A stretch of DNA of 64,000 nt from Lachnospiraceae bacterium (GTDB taxonomy: Bacteria > Bacillota > Clostridia > Lachnospirales > Lachnospiraceae): NCBI GenBank assembly GCA_015056945.1, contig SVFH01000014.1, positions 171 through 64,170 on the forward strand. Reading direction: 5' to 3'. Positions 40,549 through 49,624 of this stretch are shown here, in pieces. The notes beneath the pieces were generated by a model. The model was not told the DNA's origin and searched no databases. It saw nothing but the letters and a program-made list of their open reading frames with translations. Position 1 is the stretch's first letter, and every line of letters starts with the position of its first letter. A program made the translations under genes and the position numbers.

Positions 40549-41502
40549 CTAAAAACCTGCCTTCTCAATCTCTCGAACCAGATTTCTTCCGTAAACCTCA
40601 CCGCCAAGACAGTTCGGATGCAACTTGTCCAGGAAATATTCCTCCAGATGCGGAACAAGCTTGAACCCATCCACAATCGTAATATTGGAATATTTCTCGC
40701 AAATTGCTTTTAACTTATTACAGAATGAAATCAAAGTCGGCTCTCCATTCTCAACATCACCTCTCCAAATCGGAGTAACCACCAGTATGGGAGTATCTGC
40801 ATAAATCGCTTTCAATCTCTCATAATATTCTTCAATATCCTGCATCGTCTCGGTTCCAAACTGGTTAGTACCCATTGCGATTATTATTTTATCAGGTTTA
40901 TAGTCACCCATCTGCATAAGAATATTTTTATCATATACATAACCGCCGATTCCCTGATTAATAATATCATAATTCAAAAGTCGGTTTGCCACACTTACAT
41001 AAGTATGACCGGAACGAAGCGGCCCGAACCCCTGTGTAATGGAATCCCCAAGCCAAAGCACCTTTATATCCTTTGTCACGCATCTGTAGTCATCAATTTC
41101 AAAATTTTTAATCTGCATGGTTGCATCTGCCGGCAGATAAAGAAGAATGGTTTTCTCTCCTGCAGGAAGTGTAAACGAAAGCGTTCCTTCCTCCTCCATA
41201 TCCTTGATATAGCGGATATCCGTAACAACACCATCCACATATAACTCCACGGAATCCTCAGAGCCCTTCCAGATGATACGGTATTCGAAGGAAAAAGCCT
41301 CCGCCTCTGTCTTAAATTCTAATGTTTTTGCAGTTGATGCAGTACATCTTTCAAACCAGAAATCCGATACACGCTCGAAATAATCTTCCTGTTCCTTCAT
41401 ATACTGAAATCCTTGTAAATAACCGTCTTCTGTCTCTTCGAAACGAAGTGCTCCCCAATAAATCTTCTGTAACTCTGCATTTGACAATATCATTTTATTC
41501 AA
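40549..41502 (-). CDS. SGNH/GDSL hydrolase
   Basis: GDSITQG, NQGIGG, GTN, DKLHPN. Confidence 0.88.
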   Translation of the reverse strand: MNKMILSNAELQKIYWGALRFEETEDGYLQGFQYMKEQEDYFERVSDFWFERCTASTAKTLEFKTEAEAFSFEYRIIWKGSEDSVELYVDGVVTDIRYIKDMEEEGTLSFTLPAGEKTILLYLPADATMQIKNFEIDDYRCVTKDIKVLWLGDSITQGFGPLRSGHTYVSVANRLLNYDIINQGIGGYVYDKNILMQMGDYKPDKIIIAMGTNQFGTETMQDIEEYYERLKAIYADTPILVVTPIWRGDVENGEPTLISFCNKLKAICEKYSNITIVDGFKLVPHLEEYFLDKLHPNCLGGEVYGRNLVREIEKAGF

Positions 41503-41620
41503 TCCCTTCTCTGTTTTATCACTCTTTTCTACTACTGCATTCTTTTCAAATCATAGCATGTTTTTAATATTTTTACAATAAAAATGGATGTGCATCAAAA
41601 CACATCCATTTCTAAAAAGA

Positions 41621-42313
41621 TTAATTATAATCAAAATGTTCTTCCTTGGAATCTGTACCATACGGCACTTCCTGAAATTCCTGCGCATAATTTCCATATC
41701 CGTATTCCGGCTCCCTGCCTATAAGGAAAGGATACGCAACCAACGGAACAATCGGTACGAAAATGCCGATAACTGCTATTGCCGTTGCGCCGCCATCCAT
41801 ACCGTAGGTTCTGAACAAGTCAAGGTTCATACGCATCTTAATCAGCGCTACACTCAAAGCAAAAATGCAATAAACAAGTGCAACAAAAATCCAGAGTATT
41901 ACTGCCACAATCGCAATAGCATCCCAAAAAACCTCACGTCCCGGCAAAATCTCATCGGGATTAATATTCATTGTTATCTCGTTGCTAAACTGATTTATTC
42001 CGCCTTGAATGGAAGACGCAATACTCGTCGCAATCTGCGCAATCAGCAAAATCCAGAATGCCATAATTCGCTTCTTGGGTTTAATAAATAACAGTTCGTA
42101 CTTTCTCTGTGGTAAAACCATCGGCACATAGTCCTGCGCTACAGGAATAAATGCCAGCCAGGAAAGCGGAACTCCCGCTTTCTGACCAATCATAAAAAAT
42201 GAAACTGCTTTGATCACATATTGAACAAATGCCACCAGAACAGCTACTGCAATAATGATAAAAAGGAAACCGCCCAACACACCCAGTATTGCTATTGCCG
42301 CCAAATCGTTCAT
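41621..42313 (-). CDS. Hypothetical multi-TM membrane protein (DUF5684-like)
   Basis: KAGVPLSWLAFIPV motif; similar to neighbour 42338-42883. Confidence 0.7.
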   Translation of the reverse strand: MNDLAAIAILGVLGGFLFIIIAVAVLVAFVQYVIKAVSFFMIGQKAGVPLSWLAFIPVAQDYVPMVLPQRKYELLFIKPKKRIMAFWILLIAQIATSIASSIQGGINQFSNEITMNINPDEILPGREVFWDAIAIVAVILWIFVALVYCIFALSVALIKMRMNLDLFRTYGMDGGATAIAVIGIFVPIVPLVAYPFLIGREPEYGYGNYAQEFQEVPYGTDSKEEHFDYN

Positions 42314-42337
42314 TTAAATCCCCCCGTTTCTTATAAA

Positions 42338-42883
42338 TTACGCATTAAAATCCGGTTCACGATTCATAATCATGAAAGCAACAACTATCGATACAATGGG
42401 AACAAACATACCCAAAATGGAAAGAAGCATTGCATTATCCTGCATACCGTATGTCATATAAATATCATAATTCATTCTCCATGTGAAACCATATGTAATT
42501 ACTCCAATCGCTACACAATATGCGAAATAAAGTAACCATCCCAACACCGGAATCACCATACTGAAAGCAAATGGAACAGCAAGTACGCCCGCAATCAAAG
42601 TGAACAATAAAAAATGCCAGAAGACTTTTGTTCTGTCTGTCTGAATATACTTGTTAAAAAGATTAAACTCTCTCCTCGGCAAATTTAACATTACCCAAAT
42701 ATTTCCGACAGGGACAAATACAAGCCATGCATGAGGCAATCCCTGTCTCTTTGCCATCCTGTAATACGGAAACACAAATACAATATAAAACGCGATTACA
42801 AAAAGAAACATCAACAGATAAATCAAAAGACCTACACCCATTCCCATCATTCCGACAAGACTTGCCAATTCGTTTTCACTCAT
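42338..42883 (-). CDS. Hypothetical multi-TM membrane protein (DUF5684-like)
   Basis: RQGLPHAWLVFVPVGN; shares RMN.D...TYGM and REP with its neighbour. Confidence 0.7.
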   Translation of the reverse strand: MSENELASLVGMMGMGVGLLIYLLMFLFVIAFYIVFVFPYYRMAKRQGLPHAWLVFVPVGNIWVMLNLPRREFNLFNKYIQTDRTKVFWHFLLFTLIAGVLAVPFAFSMVIPVLGWLLYFAYCVAIGVITYGFTWRMNYDIYMTYGMQDNAMLLSILGMFVPIVSIVVAFMIMNREPDFNA

Positions 42884-42978
42884 AACACATAACTCCTTTT
42901 CTTAAATGTAATTTTTTACTATTATATCAAAAGCAAATCACCTTTTCAATCATTTATCAATGCAATTAATAACGTCCT

Positions 42979-43086
42979 CCCTAATGTGTAACCGGATCTG
43001 CCCCGGTATTCCATCCGAAGATTCCCCTCAGAATCACAGATTCCAACCTCCGTCAACCAAACATACCATTCCGATTACACATCAGG
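42979..43086 (-). ncRNA. Candidate structured RNA (long irregular hairpin)
   Basis: Minus-strand CCTGATGTGTAATCGGA pairs with TCCGGTTACACATTAGG, with inner stems; TTGACA-17-TAATAT promoter upstream (-35 at 43179-43174). Confidence 0.45.
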
Positions 43087-43222
43087 CAAACGCCTTTCCT
43101 GATTATCCCCTTTCAATATTATCTTTGCGATAATATTTCCCTGTATTCTCATATTATTACATTTTAGATAATATGTCAACAGGTTTTTTGCAAATTTTAT
43201 ACACATAAAGAGAACGTATTTA

Positions 43223-43870
43223 TCAGTCCGGAAATAACGGGCGTAAAAGTTTGATTCTTACCTTTTTTTCATACTCCTTCACCCGATACAGTTCGACACC
43301 TTTCTTCTGATAACGGTACAGTATCTTCTTTAAATCACGAGAGACCTTATTTCCGACAATCACCACTTTACGGATTCCGTTCTTTCGTAAATACTCTCCC
43401 GTCGGAAGATCCTGTGCATATAAATCCCAACTGTTATCAAACAAAGAACGATGCTTGCGAAATTGATTCAGGCGATTCGAATCAGTCAGGAAAACAGGAG
43501 GCGCATCATCTTCAAATGTCATTTGGCTAAGCGTATCCGCACACTGATGCAATGCCTTTCCCACACTTAAATTATCTACTTTAGCAGCTGCCTCATTTTG
43601 CTCAATGGTGCCGTTATATACAGGAATCGGACGATACCCGATTGCCGCCAGAGCCAGCCCCATGTATACACTTTCCGCACCCGGCATATCCACGATAAAA
43701 GCCGTATCTTTTTCGCAAACTTCCTGAAACAAAACAGGAGGAAGTTCTTCTTCCTGCAGATAATAACCCCTGTCATAAAGATGATTCCCGACAAAAGCCA
43801 CCGGGCGTACCCAGTCTACCCATTTTTTACCGTAAGGGGCCCAGATACGGTATATTTCCTTCTCTGTCAT
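43223..43870 (-). CDS. Conserved hypothetical protein, paralog of 24019-24669
   Basis: IWAPYGKKWVDWVRPVAF, GYRPIPVYNGTIEQ, FDNSWDLYAQDLP; starts 2 bp after the GspS-like stop. Confidence 0.85.
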   Translation of the reverse strand: MTEKEIYRIWAPYGKKWVDWVRPVAFVGNHLYDRGYYLQEEELPPVLFQEVCEKDTAFIVDMPGAESVYMGLALAAIGYRPIPVYNGTIEQNEAAAKVDNLSVGKALHQCADTLSQMTFEDDAPPVFLTDSNRLNQFRKHRSLFDNSWDLYAQDLPTGEYLRKNGIRKVVIVGNKVSRDLKKILYRYQKKGVELYRVKEYEKKVRIKLLRPLFPD

Positions 43871-43872
43871 AC

Positions 43873-45081
43873 TTATGCCTCCTCTACCAGCACGGGAATA
43901 TCCGCAGCATTCGAATCAATTCGCGGTGTATCACTGATTCTTGCATAATATCCTGCATGTTCACCGTTCACTGCATACGATCCAAGACAAACATGATAGA
44001 ATTCTCCGTTTACTCCTGTTAAAGGAAGGCTGTGAAAGCGCTTCTGCGCCAAATAATCCTTCGGATGAAATTTGACTGCTTTCATAATTTTGCGATACTC
44101 ATCATCTTTACAGGCTTCGCGGATGGAAATATTTTCACCCACACGGCCATAAACAGGTTTATAAATATACCCTTCTTTTCCTTTAGCAGCTTTTACCGTA
44201 ATCGTATCCGGCAAAAGTTTACGCCAGGTTGCCATACTGACACCGTGAGCCTCCATTGCATCCCACACGAAGGGAAAACGTTTGGTCTGTGCAAAAATCG
44301 CAATCGGATGATTGCAGGAAGGGGTAATTGTATCAAAATATCCGTGCCAGCGTTTCGGTTTCACTTCCGTCAGCCATTCCAACGGAGAAAAGCGAACAAT
44401 TCCGTCCACTTCCCCTTCGTTTCCGTCAAGTATGGAAAATGCACGGTTGTTTTCAAATCTCAGGTGGTCCGATGCTGCATAAATAATATGATAGCCATCT
44501 TCTTCCAGGCGATCTCCTAAATACTGCATCACCTGTCTGTCGTCACTGTAGCAGGTACAATGTACCATCATGATTCTACCGCCCTTTTTTACCTTGGAAG
44601 AAATTGCTTTCACCAGAGTTTCGCCAAAACTTTTGAAATAATACTTCCCCTCCGGCAAAAACTGCCTGGCCGCTTCGGGTAAAAGAGAACTCTCTGCGAA
44701 TCCGCCGGGCACATCGCTGTTTACTTCACTGATTGCCCAATCCCCTTCAACAGTAGGGTGAAAATCATAACGCATCAGACGGATGTGTTTATCCGGATCG
44801 TAATTTTTCATACGGATAATATCCCGCTTCACATTACGCGGAAGCCCCAACGGTTTGGCAAGAGACAAATCGGAATTGATTAACTGCTCTGCCGCCCTTG
44901 TTTCTTTATCAAGTGCCTCCGTATAAGCAGAAACCGCCTCATGTTCTTCTTTGGTAAGAACAAGTGCATATTTCGCAATCGTATTGTGGTCCAAAAACTG
45001 CGGATCCCACTTATAGCAGTCAAACATCGCACACAACCTGTACTCTTCGTATTTTTCTTCCGGTATCGCCACCAGTTTCAT
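43873..45081 (-). CDS. Glutathionylspermidine synthetase-family ATP-grasp ligase (synthetase domain only)
   Basis: MRYDF, SEVNSDVPGG..E, QTKR, YKPVYGRVGENI, YLAQ, LGSYAV, YARI; no CHAP amidase domain. Confidence 0.85.
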   Translation of the reverse strand: MKLVAIPEEKYEEYRLCAMFDCYKWDPQFLDHNTIAKYALVLTKEEHEAVSAYTEALDKETRAAEQLINSDLSLAKPLGLPRNVKRDIIRMKNYDPDKHIRLMRYDFHPTVEGDWAISEVNSDVPGGFAESSLLPEAARQFLPEGKYYFKSFGETLVKAISSKVKKGGRIMMVHCTCYSDDRQVMQYLGDRLEEDGYHIIYAASDHLRFENNRAFSILDGNEGEVDGIVRFSPLEWLTEVKPKRWHGYFDTITPSCNHPIAIFAQTKRFPFVWDAMEAHGVSMATWRKLLPDTITVKAAKGKEGYIYKPVYGRVGENISIREACKDDEYRKIMKAVKFHPKDYLAQKRFHSLPLTGVNGEFYHVCLGSYAVNGEHAGYYARISDTPRIDSNAADIPVLVEEA

Positions 45082-45099
45082 TTCTTTTTCCCTCTCTAT

Positions 45100-46464
45100 C
45101 TATTGGTGAATATCTTCGCGCGTGATATTCTTAATCCATTTACCGCTTTTATACTGCTTAAATACCCATGGCCATTTCACAAACTCATCCGTACACAACA
45201 GGAAATAAACCGCAAGCACGGGGAGTTTCAATACAAATGCCGCAAGCAGTCCAACCGGCACCGCATACCCCCACATATCAATCGCATCGCAAACCAGTCC
45301 GAACTTTGTATCTCCGCCGGCACGGAACACACCTGCAATCAGCATCGTATTGACCGCCGTCCCGGTAATATAATACACATTCATCAAAAGCATCCATTTC
45401 AAATAGTGCATTGCCGTATCGGTAAACTGTAACGACGCATACTGTAAAACAAACGGGATTGAAACAAGTACGATCAAACCGCCGACAGCACCGCTTAAAA
45501 AAGCAAGTTTCAACAGTTTTGACGCATCCTTTTTCGCATCCTCGAGACGATTTTCTCCCAATGTGTTTCCAAGTAAAATCGTGCCGCCGCTGGCAACCGC
45601 ATAACAGAGAATCGTACCGAAGTTACGTACTACAACCACAAAGGAATTTGCTGCCACGGCATCGTCTCCGAGATGACCGATGATTACCGCATACATGGAA
45701 AAAGCAAGTCCCCATACAATATCATTTCCGAGTGCCGGCAATGAAAGCCTGACAAAATCCTTAAATAACACTTTGTTTCTTGTGAAAATACTTAAGAAAC
45801 TCATCTTCACATCCTTTGAGTATGCCGAAACAATCATACAACAAATCAACTCAATCACGCGTGAAGTAGTTGTTGCGATTGCAACTCCGGTAGCGCCAAG
45901 CTTCGGCGCACCAAACAGTCCAAAAATAAAAACAGCATTCAGGCCTACATTTACAACAAAAGCAATCACATTCATGACCGTACAGATTGCCACCCTTCCG
46001 ACACTTCGGAGTGCAGAAAGATACACTTCTATTATACTCCAGCAAATATAGGAAAGACTCATGATACGCAGATAAGATGCACCAATCTGAATTGCTTCCG
46101 GATTATCGATAAAAATTTTCATCATTACTTCCGGAATTAACAGCGCAGGGAGCGCAACAATCAATCCTCCCGCAAGAGAGAAGCGCAGTGCTATTCCCTG
46201 TACAATCTTAATCGCCTCAAAGTCCTTTTTACCGTAATACTGGGCGCATAACATTGTAACACCGGTCCCTACTCCGTATAATACGGAAAAAAGGATATTG
46301 GCATACTGCGCCGCCTGGGAAACGGCGGCAACCGATGTCTGCCCCACATAGTTCAGCATAATTACGTCTGCGGAACTGATTGCAGCGCTCAAAAGATTCT
46401 GCAATACAATCGGCAAAACCAACTTGAATATTTTAGAATAAAACTCTGTCTTTTGTGTTTGCAT
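45100..46464 (-). CDS. MATE family efflux transporter
   Basis: About 12 TMs, LPIVLQNL, D.IM, AQYYGK, PKLGATGVAIAT, RAGGD; candidate promoter TTGCAC-17-TATAAG upstream. Confidence 0.92.
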   Translation of the reverse strand: MQTQKTEFYSKIFKLVLPIVLQNLLSAAISSADVIMLNYVGQTSVAAVSQAAQYANILFSVLYGVGTGVTMLCAQYYGKKDFEAIKIVQGIALRFSLAGGLIVALPALLIPEVMMKIFIDNPEAIQIGASYLRIMSLSYICWSIIEVYLSALRSVGRVAICTVMNVIAFVVNVGLNAVFIFGLFGAPKLGATGVAIATTTSRVIELICCMIVSAYSKDVKMSFLSIFTRNKVLFKDFVRLSLPALGNDIVWGLAFSMYAVIIGHLGDDAVAANSFVVVVRNFGTILCYAVASGGTILLGNTLGENRLEDAKKDASKLLKLAFLSGAVGGLIVLVSIPFVLQYASLQFTDTAMHYLKWMLLMNVYYITGTAVNTMLIAGVFRAGGDTKFGLVCDAIDMWGYAVPVGLLAAFVLKLPVLAVYFLLCTDEFVKWPWVFKQYKSGKWIKNITREDIHQ

Positions 46465-46544
46465 TTCTTCTTTGTTTTCCTTTATCTTTTGATTTACTTC
46501 TCATTTTTCTTATATCACAAGGGAAGTGAATGTGCAAGGTTCAT

Positions 46545-47591
46545 TCAACGTTCATATTCTATCAAAGTCATTCTTTCATTGATTACCCGCTCTTCTCCCG
46601 TCCGTACAAAACCGCATTTCTCATATAGGTGACAATTCCCTTTTTCCTGCTTGATGGTATCAAGCCACCACTGGTCTGCATCAGGATACATTGCAAAAAC
46701 TTTCTGAATTGTCACAAATCCGATTCCCTGATTCTGATATTTGGGGAGAATAAAAAGCGGACTGATAACATACACTTTTTTGCCGTTTATATCTCTGTAT
46801 CCGATATTGATTCCCCCTACTCTTGCGCCGTCTTTTAGAATGAAATAATAGGTTCTTCCTTCCTGCAGGAAGCGTGCACGCACACGTTCTAACGACTCAA
46901 GTGCCGGCGAACACTCATCCTTATACTTCTCATATAAAGGCATAAAACTTTCCACCTGCATGGCATGAAGATATCCTAATTCATCCTCCCTTACTTCTTC
47001 AAGAAATACGCGGTTCTCCAATTCTGCCATGCCTTTAGACGGAAGTTCAAAGGCCTCTTTGATTTGCTTTGCAACGACATCCGGTTCCAGATTGGTATTA
47101 TCTATCCTTATATAGTTGGCAAAAGGAATTTCTCCTTCATGACTCACAAGTCTGTACTTCGTTTCCTCTCGTAACATTCTGCCCTCAGACGCGGCAAGAT
47201 CACGCTTGGAGGCTTTATTGAGAAGTATGTTCTCTGTCTTATTTCTCTCGATTCTGACTTCCCTGTCCGCAATCAGTTCCACATAGTAGACCGTACCGCC
47301 CGTCGCCTCAAATTTCGCTGCAACATTCCGTATGTATTCCCAGTCAGACGGCATGTCAAATGCCCACATAAACGTAAAAATCATGCCCTGATATTCCGTC
47401 TTCATAAAAGCATCAAAAATATCTTCACGCAACTTGCTGACAAGTGCACCGTCAAATCTACCCATGATTTCTATCACGGGTTCAATCATCATGTGATTGT
47501 GAAAAAGCCTGAAATCCGTTATTTTCATAAGTTCCTGTCCGACGGTCATTTTACCGACGGCACCGCTTCCTATTAAAATGATCAAGTCCAT
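46545..47591 (-). CDS. P-loop kinase-like domain fused to a C-terminal GNAT acetyltransferase
   Basis: GSGAVGKMTVG, LFHNH, YYVEL; C-terminal PKYQNQGIG and NCHLYEKCGF. Confidence 0.8.
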   Translation of the reverse strand: MDLIILIGSGAVGKMTVGQELMKITDFRLFHNHMMIEPVIEIMGRFDGALVSKLREDIFDAFMKTEYQGMIFTFMWAFDMPSDWEYIRNVAAKFEATGGTVYYVELIADREVRIERNKTENILLNKASKRDLAASEGRMLREETKYRLVSHEGEIPFANYIRIDNTNLEPDVVAKQIKEAFELPSKGMAELENRVFLEEVREDELGYLHAMQVESFMPLYEKYKDECSPALESLERVRARFLQEGRTYYFILKDGARVGGINIGYRDINGKKVYVISPLFILPKYQNQGIGFVTIQKVFAMYPDADQWWLDTIKQEKGNCHLYEKCGFVRTGEERVINERMTLIEYER

Positions 47592-47637
47592 TGTGTTGCC
47601 CTTCCTTTTTTCTTTTACTGTTTCCTGTTTCTTTTTA

Positions 47638-48753
47638 TCAGACAATGTTTTTACCATCAAAAACAATCAGCGGAATCCGCATTTCATCTTCCGTAATGCT
47701 ACCATGCATGGATTTAAACTCTTCCTCCAGAAAGAGAATCGACAAATCACTTGTTGCAATCGCCAGATAATTCCCGAGCATGGAACGAAACTGTTCATGT
47801 TCCTTCCCTGTTCCCATCAGCTTTCTTGCAATCACTTCTTCCATCGTCATCAAAAGAAACTTATCGCCGAATTCTTTCCTGAATTCTTCTTCGAAAAAAG
47901 TTTTTTTATCTTCCTTTACGAAAAGATTTAATACTCTGGGTTCCAACGAGGGACATCTTTCAAGACACTCCCAAAGCAGCGGATAGTCTTCCAAATTCGC
48001 AAAATCCGTGTCAATATGCCCGTGGTCGGCCGTAACAATCAGAAGTGTATCCTCAAGCTCCGATGCCATCTCGGAAATCATTCCTTCCAAAAATGTCAGT
48101 TCCTCCTTAACAATCTCCGCCTGGCAGCCGTATTTGTGCAACAATCCGTCCGGTTCTTTCCAGTACGCATAAATATATTTCTTTCCTTCTTCTTTGCAAA
48201 GCTTCTTAATCCGTGCACAAATCTCCTCTGCATCACTTGGAAAAGGCGGTGCAAACGGCATGGCATCATACGCCTGATGTCCTGCCTTATTAAGCCTTTC
48301 CACAACGGATTCATATGGTGTCACCGCATTCGCAACATGATAATCCGCAGCCGGTTCATCCGTCCCCTGGATGACGTTTAAGAATACGGTTACGTTCCGG
48401 TCGATGGAAGGATAATAACAGTCCCAGCCAAGCCAACCGTGCTCACATGGGTGCTGCCCCGTAATCGCCGACATCGTTGCCGCAACAGTCGTTGACAAAA
48501 AAACGGAATTCGTCTCTCCTGCAAGATGTGTACGAAACGCACCATCCTTCTTCAGATGCTTCTCTAAAATGCGCATCCCCATTCCGTCCAACAAAAAAAG
48601 TACCACATTTTTATACTCTTTCTCAAGATATCCGTCAATCAAAGGATGCGTCACACCTAGCGGTGTCTCACCAAACCACTTTAAAACCGAATTCGGAATA
48701 TTTGCAAGACAGTTCTCATAATCCGGCCAAACCAACTTCTTCTCTTTCTCCAT
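47638..48753 (-). CDS. Alkaline phosphatase superfamily protein (NPP/phosphodiesterase-like)
   Basis: LLDGMG, STT, HGW.GW, EPDGLLH, TADHGH, MHGS. Confidence 0.85.
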   Translation of the reverse strand: MEKEKKLVWPDYENCLANIPNSVLKWFGETPLGVTHPLIDGYLEKEYKNVVLFLLDGMGMRILEKHLKKDGAFRTHLAGETNSVFLSTTVAATMSAITGQHPCEHGWLGWDCYYPSIDRNVTVFLNVIQGTDEPAADYHVANAVTPYESVVERLNKAGHQAYDAMPFAPPFPSDAEEICARIKKLCKEEGKKYIYAYWKEPDGLLHKYGCQAEIVKEELTFLEGMISEMASELEDTLLIVTADHGHIDTDFANLEDYPLLWECLERCPSLEPRVLNLFVKEDKKTFFEEEFRKEFGDKFLLMTMEEVIARKLMGTGKEHEQFRSMLGNYLAIATSDLSILFLEEEFKSMHGSITEDEMRIPLIVFDGKNIV

Positions 48754-48799
48754 CGCGTTTCCTCCTTTTCTTATCAAAAACTTTCCTGTATGAGAACAA

Positions 48800-48921
48800 A
48801 GAGTCCGCAAACGGACTCTCGCGCCGAGCGCGGTTGCGATAGCAACATCTTCCTTACGCGCGAGTGTGCATCCTTAGCGGAGCTTTTTATTGCATAGGAA
48901 TTTCCTATGCAATAAAAAACC
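48800..48921. repeat. Dispersed structured repeat family A, copy 2
   Basis: 48848-48921 matches 1-75; additional hairpin AGAGTCCG-CAAA-CGGACTCT and CTCGCGC...GCGCGAG stem. Confidence 0.85.
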
Positions 48922-48948
48922 ACCTACCCCGGAAAGGATAAGTGGTTC
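48914..48948 (-). terminator. Intrinsic terminator after the candidate small ORF
   Basis: Minus strand AACCACTTATCC...GGGTAGGTGGTT followed by a T tract. Confidence 0.65.
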
Positions 48949-48986
48949 AACTTCAATCTTCACTGCAAACTTCTTGAATGAAAACT

Positions 48987-49097
48987 TTATTCTTCCCTGC
49001 GAGCATCTTTATGACATAGCAAATGAAAACCGTACATACGAGAATAGCGCACGATTGAATCAAAAATGTATGCAGTTCTGATAACTGACTTGCTCAT
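48987..49097 (-). CDS. Candidate 36-aa small protein or leader peptide
   Basis: MSKSVIRTAYIFDSIVRYSRMYGFHLLCHKDARREE; GAGAGGA RBS; TTGACG-17-TAGAAT promoter (49155-49127); terminator downstream. Confidence 0.45.
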   Translation of the reverse strand: MSKSVIRTAYIFDSIVRYSRMYGFHLLCHKDARREE

Positions 49098-49202
49098 GGA
49101 AATCGTTTCCTCTCAAATTTTTACTCATTCTATACCACAATCTATTATTCGTCAACATCTTTTTCATGTGAATTTCTTTGCGGAAGGTTTCTCGCCATTC
49201 GA

Positions 49203-49300
49203 GCTTCTTTGCACAGTTTCTCGTCACATGGACTTCTTTGCACAGTTCTTCGTCACATGGACTTCTTTGCACAGTTCTTCGTCACATGGACTTCTTTGCA
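49203..49300. repeat. 29-bp tandem repeat, about 3.3 copies
   Basis: Unit GACTTCTTTGCACAGTTCTTCGTCACATG, head-to-tail with no spacers. Confidence 0.9.
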
Positions 49301-49624
49301 GAAGACCTTTCGTCGCATTATACGCCTTTCACAAAGCTTTTCTTCCGTTTAAAGTATCTATAGCCAAAAATTTCTTTTCCAGGTCCACTTATTCTTCAAT
49401 AACATAACTAAAAGAAACAAAAAAAGTATCTATCAGAAAAAACTTATTCTCCGGCAACTTTTTTCTTAAAATAAGTGGAACCGAAAAACAGTTTTTTCTA
49501 TATAGATACTTTAGACCTCATTCCAATGTCCCCGATAAAGCGGATACGCCAAACTTTATTCTGTACCCACACTTTTCTTGCAATAATCGTCCCAAACAAC
49601 AATTATCGGATTCGAAAGCGGGTT

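Noticed and set aside
42979-43086. Firm 6S RNA or c-di-AMP riboswitch call
   Set aside because: Too short for typical 6S and lacking the full ydaO consensus; reported only as a candidate structured RNA
49203-49300. CRISPR array from the 29-bp repeats
   Set aside because: Units are head-to-tail with no spacers, and there are no cas genes in the window
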